A stretch of 63,906 nt of DNA, the filler included, from Octopus bimaculoides (taxonomy: Eukaryota), in assembly GCF_001194135.2 (NCBI RefSeq). It is 7 parts of 4 records of this genome, joined end to end, with 100 filler letters (N's around TTAATTAATTAA, not from the genome) between each part and the next. Parts side by side here need not be neighbours in the genome. Positions count along the whole stretch, not along the records: positions 33,859 to 53,676 come from NC_068989.1; 6 more parts are not named here. One strand, given 5' to 3'. Within the stretch, counting starts at the first letter, position 1; each line of letters opens with the position of its first letter. This document shows positions 36,670 to 49,449 of the stretch, piece by piece. The notes under the pieces were generated by a model that had not been told where the DNA came from, did not search any database, and saw only the letters and a list, made by a program, of their open reading frames with translations. The position numbers and the translations under genes are program-made.

Positions 36670-36960
36670 GTGAGAGCTTAGTGGTTAGAGTAAGGTTGTA
36701 AGGTCATGAGTTCAATGCCTGGTGGTGCGTTGTCTCCTTGAGCAAGACACTTTATTTCACGTTGCTCCAGTCCACTAACCTAGTAAAAATGAATTCTACC
36801 TGTTATTCAAAAGGCTAGCCTTGTCTCATTCTATGTCACGCTGTGTCTCCCTACATTAAGAGTATATGTGTCTCTGGAGTGCTCAGCCATTTTCACGAGC
36901 AGGCTGCTCCGTTTATTTAATCAACTGAAACACTCATCGTTGTAACCGACGGAAAGCCAG
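36670..36960 (+). mobile_element. SINE family 2, diverged
   Basis: cttagtggttagag..gagttcaatgcc..ccttgagcaagacac..ggagtgctcagcc..taaccgacgg. Confidence 0.75.
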
Positions 36961-37972
36961 ACGTATATACATATGTATATATATATATATATATNNNNNN
37001 NNNNNNNNNNNNNNNNNNNNNNNNNNNNNNNNNNNNNNNNNNNNNNNNNNNNNNNNNNNNNNNNNNNNNNNNNNNNNNNNNNNNNNNNNNNNNNNNNNNN
37101 NNNNNNNNNNNNNNNNNNNNNNNNNNNNNNNNNNNNNNNNNNNNNNNNNNNNNNNNNNNNNNNNNNNNNNNNNNNNNNNNNNNNNNNNNNNNNNNNNNNN
37201 NNNNNNNNNNNNNNNNNNNNNNNNNNNNNNNNNNNNNNNNNNNNNNNNNNNNNNNNNNATACATACATACATACATACATACATACATACATACGTATGT
37301 ATGTATGTATGTATGTATGTATGTATGTATGTATGTATGCATGCATGTATGTATGTATGATTTAAGATAGACTCTATCGCTCCGTATACATGTATAAGCA
37401 CATACATACATAGAGATGTTATAAACGTGCGTAAGGGTGTGTATATATGTATATATATATGCATACATATATGTGTTGTGTAATGACGACCTGGTGGTTA
37501 AGAATTTAATTCTCAGTCATGAGGTCCTGGGGTCGATCTCACAGCGTGGCATCTTAAGAAACCGCTTTTTTCATGAGCCTGTATTGATATACTACTTTAA
37601 AGGCGATATTAAGTAGAGAGAAATTTTGTAGGAAACTTTACGGGGGAATGAGTCCACATGCACTGTCTCATTTTGATTTCCTTACATGTGTCTGTAGGCT
37701 ATTCAGCCACTTACATTGTAATTCAATGAGTAGATGGTTTAGTTGATCAAACAGCTGGAATAATCATCTACGATGCTCACTAGAAACCATTTAGTTTATT
37801 GTGTAATCAATGAAAGAAATTAAATGCAGCATAAGTTTATTACTTATAAACGGATATTCATAGACATATATTCTTAGATATGTATTCACATACATATGTA
37901 TGTCTACGTATGTATGTATGTATGTATGTATGTATGTATGTATGTATGTATGTATGTATGTAGGTATGTATG

Positions 37973-38003
<31 letters not shown>

Positions 38004-38139
38004 CTAGACGGACGGTATGTATATAACTAGACGGAATGTATGTATGTAGACGTAACTGAATGAAGACGGTTGTATGTATGTGTATGTGTGTGTGCGTGTG
38101 TGTGCATGTGTGTGCATGTGTGTGTGTGTTTGTGTGTGT

Positions 38140-38340
38140 CTCTTTGTCTGTGTTTATCCCCCACCACCACTTGATAACTGATGTTGATGAGCTTGCGTCC
38201 AATAACTTAGCGGTTGGGCACAAGAGAATAAGTACCAGACTTTAGATAATTACTGGGGTCAATTCATTCGACTAAAAATTTTTCAAGGCGGTGCCCCAGC
38301 ATGACCGTCTTCTAATGACTGAAACAAGTAAAAGAGAAAG
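38140..38340 (+). mobile_element. SINE family 1, 3' half
   Basis: taacttagcggtt..gaataagtacc..gccccagcatg..gactgaaacaagtaaaag. Confidence 0.8.
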
Positions 38341-38364
38341 GTAACACATTTATATAACAATATC

Positions 38365-38416
<52 letters not shown>

Positions 38417-38512
38417 NNNNNNNNNNGTATGTGTGTGTCTGTGTGTGTGTGTGCGTGTGTGCGTGTGTGTGTGTGTGTGTGTGTAAAGACGAACACAAAT
38501 GGAGTTTAAAGC

Positions 38513-38752
38513 TTACTACAGCCGTTTCGGTAGAATTTTATTGATGTATTACATTACATCATACCAAAAATCTACCATGTTCAAAAAAATTTTAAACTGG
38601 TATAAACATGCAAAGTAAAGCCTTAATGATAACATATCCAACAAATAACGTATTGAATAAGTATTGAAAATATTTATCGGAAGAAGGTGGATTTATGCTA
38701 TGTTGTAATATACGAATACATCAATAAAATTCACTCGAAACAGCTGTAGTAA
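38513..38752. mobile_element. MITE-like element with about 38-bp inverted termini
   Basis: ttactacagccgtttcggtagaattttattgatgtatt versus reverse complement of aatacatcaataaaattcactcgaaacagctgtagtaa. Confidence 0.7.
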
Positions 38753-39522
38753 ATTTTGAATCCCATTTGAGTTTTGTACCTAGGCCGCACCCAGAACCAG
38801 CCCTACGGTTTAAATTTGACTTCGTTCTTACATATCTACATAACTAAATATACTACCAACGCATGATACCTCATGGTTGCTCTACCTCACTGTGAACCCT
38901 ATGTACTGGTACCTAGCCAGATCTGGCGCCCTACGTGTTGATGCACCTAGAGTCAAATGAATCCTATAACTAACTATAATTAATATATATATATATATAT
39001 ATATANNNNNNNNNNNNNNNNNNNNNNNNNNNNNNNNNNNNNNNNNNNNNNNNNNNNNNNNNNNNNNNNNNNNNNNNNNNNNNNNNNNNNNNNNNNNNNN
39101 NNNNNNNNNNNNNNNNNNNNNNNNNNNNNNNNNNNNNNNNNNNNNNNNNNNNNNNNNNNNNNNNNNNNNNNNNNNNNNNNNNNNNNNNNNNNNNNNNNNN
39201 NNNNNNNNNNNNNNNNNNNNNNNNNNNNNNNNNNNNNNNNNNNNNNNNNNNNNNNNNNNNNNNNNNNNNNNNNNNNNNNNNNNNNNNNNNNNNNNNNNNN
39301 NNNNNNNNNNNNNNNNNNNNNNNNNNNNNNNNNNNNNNNNNNNNNNNNNNNNNNNNNNNNNNNNNNNNNNNNNNNNNNNNNNNNNNNNNNNNNNNNNNNN
39401 NNNNNNNNNNNNNNNNNNNNNNNNNNNNNNNNNNNNNNNNNNNNNNNNNNNNNNNNNNNNNNNNNNNNNNNNNNNNNNNNNNNNNNNNNNNNNNNNNNNN
39501 NNNNNNNNNNNNNNNNNNNNNN

Positions 39523-39560
<38 letters not shown>

Positions 39561-39645
39561 CTAATATATAAGATGTCTGCACCGACATAGACACAAAGGG
39601 ACACATACGTTCATTTAATATATACTTATTTTACACGTGTGTGTA

Positions 39646-39676
<31 letters not shown>

Positions 39677-40141
39677 CTATGTGCATTACACTAATAAACT
39701 GCATAAAGCTGATATACTGTTGGATAATACAAATATCACGAGTGTATCTGATATTCAATAATAATCGATCTTTCTCATACAATATCACTTGTTTCTCCCT
39801 GTTTCTCTCTCTCACTCATACTCCGTGACTCTACTTACCGACCTAATTACCCAGCTTTCCATTAATATCTCTTTTTTACCTACCAAGATATATATATATA
39901 TATATATATTTATCGAACAGTCTAGTATTCTCCATCTCTTTCTCTTTCTCTCTCCGTCTTGCTCTCCTGCTCTCTCTCTCTCCCTCTCCCTTTCTGTCTG
40001 ACTATCTATCGATCTATCTATCTATGTGCATGTGTGTTTGAACAGATATGTTTGTAAATATGTATGTAGGTATATGTGTATACATGTAAGTATGTGGGCA
40101 TGTATTTAAGTACACATGTACGTATGTAATAATGCAAATAC

Positions 40142-40181
<40 letters not shown>

Positions 40182-40344
40182 GAGTGTGTCTATGAGTGTG
40201 TCGGTGCCTGTGTGTGCGCGTTGTAAACAGAGAGGATCAGGTAGATCTCAGCAGATTAAACAATTAACAGGTAATTCAATTGGTTAGTTCAGTTAAACAG
40301 TTGTTCACTGGTCCCGGGGATCTTTTCGTTTTTGTTCAATATAC

Positions 40345-40560
40345 ATCGCTTATCTTTTATCTTTTACTTGTTTCACCGCCCTGAAGAACTTTTAGTCGAT
40401 TTATCGACCCTGGTACTTATTTTGTCCTTACTTTTGTACTTATTTTGTCAGTCTATCGGACTCTTTTATCGAACTGCTACATTACGAAGCGTAAACACAC
40501 CAGCATTGGTTGTCAAGCGGTGGTGGAGGAACGAATATAGACACAAAGATTCACTCACTC
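40345..40560 (-). mobile_element. SINE family 1, 3' half
   Basis: cttttacttgtttca..tcgaccctggtactta..aaacacaccagcattggttgtcaagcg. Confidence 0.75.
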
Positions 40561-40570
40561 ATATATACAC

Positions 40571-40632
<62 letters not shown>

Positions 40633-41491
40633 NNNNNNNNNNNNNNNNNNNNNNNNNNNNNNNNNNNNNNNNNNNNNNNNNNNNNNNNNNNNNNNNNNNN
40701 NNNNNNNNNNNNNNNNNNNNNNNNNNNNNNNNNNNNNNNNNNNNNNNNNNNNNNNNNNNNNNNNNNNNNNNNNNNNNNNNNNNNNNNNNNNNNNNNNNNN
40801 NNNNNNNNNNNNNNNNNNNNNNNNNNNNNNNNNNNNNNNNNNNNNNNNNNNNNNNNNNNNNNNNNNNNNNNNNNNNNNNNNNNNNNNNNNNNNNNNNNNN
40901 NNNNNNNNNNNNNNNNNNNNNNNNNNNNNNNNNNNNNNNNNNNNNNNNNNNNNNNNNNNNNNNNNNNNNNNNNNNNNNNNNNNNNNNNNNNNNNNNNNNN
41001 NNNNNNNNNNNNNNNNNNNNNNNNNNNNNNNNNNNNNNNNNNNNNNNNNNNNNNNNNNNNNNNNNNNNNNNNNNNNNNNNNNNNNNNNNNNNNNNNNNNN
41101 NNNNNNNNNNNNNNNNNNNNNNNNNNNNNNNNNNNNNNNNNNNNNNNNNNNNNNNNNNNNNNNNNNNNNNNNNNNNNNNNNNNNNNNNNNNNNNNNNNNN
41201 NNNNNNNNNNNNNNNNNNNNNNNNNNNNNNNNNNNNNNNNNNNNNNNNNNNNNNNNNNNNNNNNNNNNNNNNNNNNNNNNNNNNNNNNNNNNNNNNNNNN
41301 NNNNNNNNNNNNNNNNNNNNNNNNNNNNNNNNNNNNNNNNNNNNNNNNNNNNNNNNNNNNNNNNNNNNNNNNNNNNNNNNNNNNNNNNNNNNNNNNNNNN
41401 NNNNNNNNNNNNNNNNNNNNNNNNNNNNNNNNNNNNNNNNNNNNNNNNNNNNNNNNNNNNNNNNNNNNNNNNNNNNNNNNNNNNNNNNNNN

Positions 41492-41527
<36 letters not shown>

Positions 41528-42222
41528 TTATATTTGAAGATTTACCTTGCCAAAAAAACACGCGTTGATTATGGTTAACGTTTTTAATTAAATAATTGAA
41601 TACTTATTTCAAAGTTTTTCTCCATACCCGAGTTGTATTTTCAATTAGTTCTCTGCTTTTCGTAATGCTCGAAATGGTTAAAGAGCGGTAACGATATATT
41701 ATGAAATGATATTCAATTAATTAAGACATGAGCAGGAAGCAGAAAGCGTGTTTTACTTGGCAACAGACCCTCTTCTGAAAGTACAATGCCAACTTCTAAA
41801 CATTGTTATACATCAAGAATCTTGAGAAACAAATACGATATGCGATATGTGCGTGCGTGTGTGTATGCATGTATGTACACACACACACACGCACAAACAT
41901 ACGCTCACACACACGCACACACACGCGCGCGCATATATATATATATATATACATAGGTTATGCTTATATACTAATCAATTTGAAATTTGTATTTGTAGTA
42001 CCTTTAGATATTGACAAAACTATCCATTTAAAATACACGTGATGTATTTGATAGCTATAAATATTTGTCTGTGTGTGTGTGTGTGTGTGTGAATATATAT
42101 ATAATGCATCTATGAATATATATATTCTTTTATTATTTTACTTGTTTCAGTCATTTGACTGCGGCCGTGCTGGAGCACCGCCTATAAATATATATTGTAT
42201 ATTTGTAATATATATATATATA

Positions 42223-43277
42223 ACTAGCAGAAATACCCGGCTTTGCCCGGGTTAAAGAGAATAATGAAATCTAAAAACGCCGTCTAGACTACGCAACCCT
42301 CAACTGTTAGTAGCTACGATACCATGTTTCTACATTAATAACTCTCCAATCCATGCCAGCATGGAACATAGACATTAAGTGGAATGCCAGTCTCTCATCT
42401 GGGAAGGCCTTGAAATCAATGTTACNNNNNNNNNNNNNNNNNNNNNNNNNNNNNNNNNNNNNNNNNNNNNNNNNNNNNNNNNNNNNNNNNNNNNNNNNNN
42501 NNNNNNNNNNNNNNNNNNNNNNNNNNNNNNNNNNNNNNNNNNNNNNNNNNNNNNNNNNNNNNNNNNNNNNNNNNNNNNNNNNNNNNNNNNNNNNNNNNNN
42601 NNNNNNNNNNNNNNNNNNNNNNNNNNNNNNNNNNNNNNNNNNNNNNNNNNNNNNNNNNNNNNNNNNNNNNNNNNNNNNNNNNNNNNNNNNNNNNNNNNNN
42701 NNNNNNNNNNNNNNNNNNNNNNNNNNNNNNNNNNNNNNNNNNNNNNNNNNNNNNNNNNNNNNNNNNNNNNNNNNNNNNNNNNNNNNNNNNNNNNNNNNNN
42801 NNNNNNNNNNNNNNNNNNNNNNNNNNNNNNNNNNNNNNNNNNNNNNNNNNNNNNNNNNNNNNNNNNNNNNNNNNNNNNNNNNNNNNNNNNNNNNNNNNNN
42901 NNNNNNNNNNNNNNNNNNNNNNNNNNNNNNNNNNNNNNNNNNNNNNNNNNNNNNGAAAGTATCTGTCATTACAGTATCGAAATGTGATTGTTTCAGTTAG
43001 TAGAATAGTTTCATTTTTAAAGTGAAAGTATTTGACATGAGTGTTTTTGTTTCACTTTTGACACGTAATACTTAAATAGTGGAGGAGATATTATGTTGCT
43101 GTGGGCTCGAACACTGCAAGAAGTTAAAATTTTTTTGACTAAAACACAACTGGAACCCTAAGTAAGGCATGTGTAAAATTTGAATGAAATTGGTTGCGTA
43201 GTTCTCGAGTTTTAGGGATTCACACAGACAGACAGACAGACAGACAGACACACATTCTCATTTTTATATATATAGAT
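42223..43277 (+). mobile_element. Helitron-like non-autonomous element (Lep1/HINE-like architecture), spans a gap
   Basis: 5' ACTAGC..CCCGGCTTTGCCCGGG hairpin; 3' aaatttgaatgaaattgg..(GACA)n..tttatatatatagat. Confidence 0.6.
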
Positions 43278-44426
43278 TACGCAAGCACACACATACACAT
43301 ACACACACGTGCACACACACGCACGCCTCCAGCCACCCACATACACACGCACACACATATGTATGTAAGTATACATAACGGGTCTTTTAAATAAACTTCT
43401 TTTATATTCTTTGAAGATAACATGAAAAGCGGGAACAAATTAAAATTTGTAAGAAAAAGTTTGAGAATATAATGAATAGTCTTGTATATAAGCTTGATTT
43501 TGCAAAAATTAATATGTTTTTTGAAGTATAGATTTCCTACTTTAATGATTAAACATATGTAATATAAAACATATGTACTATAGTTGTATGTACATACGTA
43601 TAAGTGTTTCGCGCTATATAATTCAGCAAGTAGTGTTAGAAAACAACCCTCATGGAAAAGCAAAATGTTAATTTATACTAAATATGACATAACTACGGAT
43701 TTGCAGATTACTGTTTGTTTCGTGCATGAAGTAGGAAGATCGTAACCTTATTAGAAACCTATCTTTAACCACTCTTCAAATTTAATTCGAAACAGAAATG
43801 GCTGCCAATGTAATCCAGTGATCAGAAAGAAAGAATTAAATTAAGATTATGCTGATTACATGATAGAGGAGACGAAATGTGTGACGTTGGACTCATACGT
43901 CTGATGTTTACTTGGTTAAATTCTCTCCTGTTTAGTATAATATGAGAAGAATTAATATGAATAGAAACAGTTAAGATTTAAATTGCGTAAACATTATACG
44001 AGGTATGGGTGTGGATTATCTAAGTATACAATGACCATACTTGCACTAGTGTGTATGTAAATCCACGATTCAGTAAATTTCTCGGTATCTGTTGAGTTCA
44101 TATTAAAGCCGGTGGTCTGTATGAGAATAGTGGTATACCAGCTCATGGTATGGTCAAATATGATATGGTCAAATGAGACATTATATATAGAAAGCTAAGA
44201 GAAGTAAAAAAAAAAAAAAAAGGAAGGAAGAGGTGTAAAAAGAAAGTGGTATTTTGTAACATCAAACAGAAAGGAAAGCGTTCTTCGGAACAGAGTGTCT
44301 CTTTGATATAGTATATAGAGCGGTGGTTGGGCTATTCGGTTGGTGAGTACTTGTCTGCATGACGACATTTCTAAATATTTCGGTTTTAGAGATGATGTTG
44401 TCACTACAGATTTCATACATTCTCTT

Positions 44427-44527
<101 letters not shown>

Positions 44528-44690
44528 AGTCATATAAATAAACGTGTGTGTGTGTAAATATATACATATATGTATATATATGCACTCAAGAGAGACTAGC
44601 CTACGTGATCGTAATTAGGGAATTACATTTTTAGAACGCTTACTTGTAAGTAATTGCAGTAATTTTTTTTTAATCAAAAAGAATTTAGAT

Positions 44691-44947
44691 CAGTGGTCCT
44701 TAAAAGGTACCCACACGACCCTTGCGGGGATTTCCACATAAGATTTTGTTATTAATATTTCTGTCCAATAAATTGGTTATACTTCTACAATACATAAAAT
44801 GTTTTAACAAATTTTTTTAATACAATTCTTAATATTAAATTATAAAAATATAGCAAGATTTTTTAAACATCAAATATTTACGAGGATCCAGGAGAATAAA
44901 ACAAGAATCAAAGGGAACCATATAGAGAAAATGGTTGAAAAATACTG
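44691..44947. mobile_element. hAT-like MITE with 8-bp target-site duplication
   Basis: cagtggtcct..ggttgaaaaatactg flanked by atttagat / atttggat. Confidence 0.75.
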
Positions 44948-45125
44948 ATTTGGATGGTTTGTAATATGTATTTCACTTTTATAATGTAACTTGTAAAAAC
45001 AATGGCACAGTTAAGTACTGATTTACAATGGCCCGATTAATGGTTCGTTGCCGTTTTGACGGCAAAACAAATATCGCCAAAGACTTTATTTGTGTGGTGC
45101 TTTTAACCACTACATCTTTCCTTAT

Positions 45126-45515
45126 GTGGAGGCGCAATGGCCCAGTGGTTAGGGCAGCGGACTTGCGGTCACGGGATCGCGGTTTCGATTCCTAGACCGG
45201 GCGTTGTGAGTGTTTATTGAGCGAAAACACCTAAAGCTCCACGAGGCTCCGGCGGGGGATGGTGGCGAACCCTGCTGTACTCTTTCGCCACAACTTTCTC
45301 TCACTCTTACTTCCTGCTTCTGTTGTGCCTGTAATTCAAAGGGCCAGCCTTGCCACACTGTGTCACGCTGAATATCTCCGAGAACTACGTTAAGGGTACA
45401 CGTGTCTGTGGAGTGCTCAGCCACTTGCACGTTAATTTCACGAGCAGGCTGTTCCGTTGATCGGATCAACTGGAACCTTCGTTGTCGTAAGCGACGGAGT
45501 GCCAACAACAACAAT
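45126..45515 (+). mobile_element. SINE family 2, full length and young
   Basis: A box TGGCCCAGTGG (45138), B box GGTTTCGATTCC (45181), CpG intact, (CAA)n tail. Confidence 0.9.
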
Positions 45516-45529
45516 CTTTCCTTATAGGT

Positions 45530-46619
45530 TGGTTATATTATGCTGGTATTTGAAGTGAAATTATTTTCAAAAAATGTTATGAAATCTTTTATAAAGATGT
45601 GACTAACCGTTTTGGGGAAGAAGTTTTTTCTAGTGTGTGAACGCTTTCGTTAAACCTTTCCAAACGCACGTGCTCTTAAAGAGGAAGTTGTTATTTTTGT
45701 GGTAGTGGTATTATTATTCCCGGTTTATTTTCGGACTTTTGGTTTTGGTCATAAATATTCTTTTACCGTTGTTTATTATATGGAGCGTTGGCTATTTTCG
45801 ATTTAATTTCGGATTTAAAATTCTTATAAAGTATTCTTTTGTCTTTTCTGGTTGTACATTTTCATCGTTTATTTTGTAAAATGGGAATATTTTAAATTTG
45901 CCATTTGCACAGATATCTAGATGTTGACTGCATGGGACATTCTTATGAGATGAATCCCTAATTTGTTGTTTATGCACATTTTCACGACTGGTCAGTTCCC
46001 TCCCTGTCTCCCCAATGTAGTTTTTATTGTATGGTAGACATGTGATGAGGATTTTTGTTTTGCAATTCATGCTTGCATACACTTTTAATTCCTTCCCATT
46101 CTTAAGTCTTTTGGTTGCCCATTGCTCAATTAATTCCCATGTCCCATAACGGAGTCTCCACAGTTGGTTACTTGCATCGTTTCTTTTTCAGATGTGAATC
46201 TCGCCTTTGTTAGGAGTCTCTTAAGAATAGGTGGTTGTCTCCGACTGTTGATAATTTGTGATTTTTTGATTATTCGTTGGAGATTTGGTGATTGAAGTAC
46301 AATTGGGTGGTATCTTTGGGCTGAGTGCAGGATGTTGTGCTTTTTAGGGTTGTGGGTATATTTGTATTTGTATTTTTGTTTTCACACCTATCCTGAGTGT
46401 TTCTCCGTAAGGTAGAGATCGGGATTTCCTTTGTTTTTGTTATGGCATGCTGAATTAACTTGTTGAGATATATTTGTTTCTGAAGGAATGTATTATGTTT
46501 CGCCAGTCGTTTCTCTCGTCTAACAACATCTGTGACTATTGTGTATATGTGCCTTGTCATATTAAAAGGTATGTTCCTTTTTGGATGGGAAGGATGGCAA
46601 GATCTCAAATCTGAATATT

Positions 46620-46680
<61 letters not shown>

Positions 46681-46860
46681 GTGCGTGTGTGCGTGTGTGT
46701 GTGTGTTCTTGTAGAAGAGGTCAGCTATAACTGTCTCATTTTCTTTAATTATGAGGATGTCCAGAAAGGGGAGTTCCTTTTCATTCAATTCCATAGTGAA
46801 TTGGATTGAGACATGAATACTATTTATTAATTTTAAAAATTTTGTAAGGTCCTCATATAT
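45530..46860 (-). mobile_element. 5'-truncated Penelope-like element: RT thumb, linker, GIY-YIG endonuclease, 3' UTR
   Basis: INSIHVSIQFTME..ELPFLDILI..LFYK..HQY..SCHP..KRNIPF, then ITC..NYIGETG..HKQQI..HL..FKIFPF..E.YFIRILNPKLN. Confidence 0.9.
45633..45669 (-). ncRNA. Degenerate minimal hammerhead-like motif in PLE 3' UTR
   Basis: GUGCGU UUGGAAAG GU UUA AC GAAA GCGU UC ACACAC, about 120 nt after the GIY-YIG stop; homologous to 62904-62942. Confidence 0.4.
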
Positions 46861-46960
46861 ATATATTTATATATATAATATAAATAATATATAAACATAT
46901 GCATATAACCATACATATATGTACATACCTACATCTATATGTATACATACATGCATATAT

Positions 46961-47270
46961 GGGTACAGGACATCACAAAAAAAACGTTAAACACAATGAG
47001 AAACAAAAACAGAGAAACGAGGCATGCAACATAAAGAATATTTCCCTTCATCAGTTGTCCCTGTTCTATCTACTCTGCGTTTCGAAGGCAAGGACAATAC
47101 GCGACTTCGTTGGAATAGACCTTACCGCAAAGCAAATTAAATAAAATTTGGAATTTTTTGCGGAGGGTGAGTGTTAACAAGAACAGGACAGTGAGACAGT
47201 AAAAACAAACAATAGGGGCTGTTAGGCCAAGACGATAGAAAAATTATTATTTTTTTGAACGCTAGTAGAC
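46961..47270 (-). mobile_element. Probable PLE terminal repeat, separate family
   Basis: Ends ctgtaccc + AT-rich tract after a T-rich run, as the other PLE tails; carries hammerhead core elements; no ORF attached. Confidence 0.55.
47044..47102 (-). ncRNA. Hammerhead-like motif with rewired strand order
   Basis: GCGU A UUGUCC UUGCCUUC GAA ACGC (16 nt) GGACAA CUGAUGA AGGG: stem III GCGU/ACGC, GUA triplet, stem I UUGUCC/GGACAA, canonical core, weak stem II. Confidence 0.55.
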
Positions 47271-48016
47271 GTGAATGAGAGAAGAGACAAGAGACAGAAA
47301 AATCACGTCTTCTCTAAAAGAAGCCAGCAGATAGAAAGAAAGAATCCTTTTCGTCACGTGTCAGCGACGAGAGGGTCAAAGAGGAAGAGTGAGAGAGAGA
47401 GAGGGAACGGTGAAAGGAAAATAAAAATAGGGAAAGGGTGGGAGAGAAAAACAGAAAGGATGAAGAACAAGAGAGGGAGAGAGATAGACAGGAAAGTAAT
47501 AGTAATAGTAGTAGTAGTAGAGTGCGCAAAGTAATAATTAAGATAAAACTTACTTGGAGAAAGATGCGTGGCGTTCGATCATATAATAATATAAATAATA
47601 CACACAAACAAGCATCATATAGAGGCATACATATACTTGTGCATATACATGTGTGCATATACATATGTGTGTATGTGTGTGTGGGGGGGGGTGTAAGTAT
47701 GCATGTATGTACGTATGTATGAATCACTTCTTTCTCTCAAATAAATTTTGTTTCCACCTCTAAATTTCCTGATATGTTACACATACACGCGCACACATAA
47801 GCATATATACATACATGCACGCACGTACACTCCTATGAACATATTCACACACTGATATCAAACAGGAATGTTTATCTCTCTCTTTTCTTCTCTTTGCCTC
47901 TCTCCGTCCCTCTCTCCTTCTCTCTCATTTCTACCACTCTCAGTTCCTTACCCCTCTATCTCTCTTTTATCATAGTCTCTCAACTTTTCTACCTCTGTCT
48001 CTTTCTCTCTCACTAC

Positions 48017-48047
<31 letters not shown>

Positions 48048-48332
48048 TCTTTCTTTTTTCTCTTTTTCTTTCTCTCTCTCTCTCATCTGTCTCAGCACAG
48101 CTACTGCTTTCTCCTGCCGTCATTTCATTCTTCGAAAGAAATCAACCTACAAAAGAACTACTTAACACGTGACCTACCTTTTTACATATTATAATAAAAA
48201 CAGAACAATAGAGAGGTCGTATGATATTTAAACGGTAGAATCGAATTTGTTGACCCTAAGAAAACATATGACATTCTAAATATTACAGAAAGAGAATAAC
48301 GACAGGCATTCAAGACAGAGAAAGAGAAATGT

Positions 48333-48386
<54 letters not shown>

Positions 48387-49054
48387 CTTGAACACAGACG
48401 TAGAGAAGCAGACAATCAAGGGAGGTCACTGGAGAGGTTCAGTAAATGTTTGTTGTGCTATACTGGCTGAAATTCATTTAATTGTACCTGCTTTTTTATT
48501 GCGATTGCACAGACTTTCACAGAACTTTATTGCATTGTAGGGAAAAGATTATCAACTTCTTTACATCATATGGTATAGTGTATTATTGTCGTTGTTGTTC
48601 TTGTTGTTGTAGTTTAACCCAACTTAACTCTCACTTTTGCAGGCCTATAATCAAAGCATTTTTTTTATTGTTACGTATTTCTATCAAATCTTACATTATC
48701 ACACTATCTTTAAGGGTTCTTTGCCCTATTTCTCCATTCATTCATTTGATATTTCAGGAAGAAGCATTCTTGTCGTGACTTCCGTTCAGTCTTTCAGTCT
48801 TGAGTATGGTGTTTAACATTTACGACAGTTGTTTCGGTACAATTTTATAAAAGCTTCCATAGAAGATTATGTCGTAACATATAATCCACCATCATCAGGT
48901 AAAATCTTTAGACAGGTGAGATTTCTTACATCAATGACTTTGGATTCGTCCGCGTTGATGTAAGAAACCTTATCTATTTAAAATCACACACACACACGCA
49001 CACACATACACATATACACACATAGATAACACAAACATACATCAAACATACATA

Positions 49055-49397
49055 TACACAGGGTAAAGTGTAAAAACCTCCTTCGGTCATGAATGACCAT
49101 GAGATTGCACCTTGAAAGTTCCCCTCCGAGGCACAAGTCCGGGCAAGGTTCTTTATGGATGACCAGCAGTCGCCCATGCATACAAGTTTCCCCTCTCCAC
49201 ACCACTGATGTTCTCCAAGGGAAAGGCAAAGGCCAGTATTGTTTGGCACCAGTAACGTCGCAACTCATTTCTACAGCTGAGCAACTTGAAATAAAGTGTC
49301 TTGCTGGAGAACAAAACACACAGCCCTGTCCGGGAATCGAACTCACTACCTCATGATTGTGAGCCCAACGCTCTAACTACTGAGTCATACACCTTCA
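49055..49397 (-). mobile_element. tRNA-derived SINE (another family)
   Basis: Minus head gactcagtagttagagcg..gagttcgattccc, then gcaagacactttatttc body. Confidence 0.8.
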
Positions 49398-49449
49398 AAT
49401 AGGTCAACATAAATATGGTAACAAAAGGGATTAATATTCTTCTTCAATC

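Noticed and set aside
45044-45062. ttgccgt/acggcaa hairpin as a Helitron 3' end or terminator
   Set aside because: No CTRR terminus downstream; intrinsic terminators do not apply to this eukaryotic context
45126-45200. tRNA gene
   Set aside because: Has A and B boxes but no acceptor stem closure and continues into a repeated SINE body
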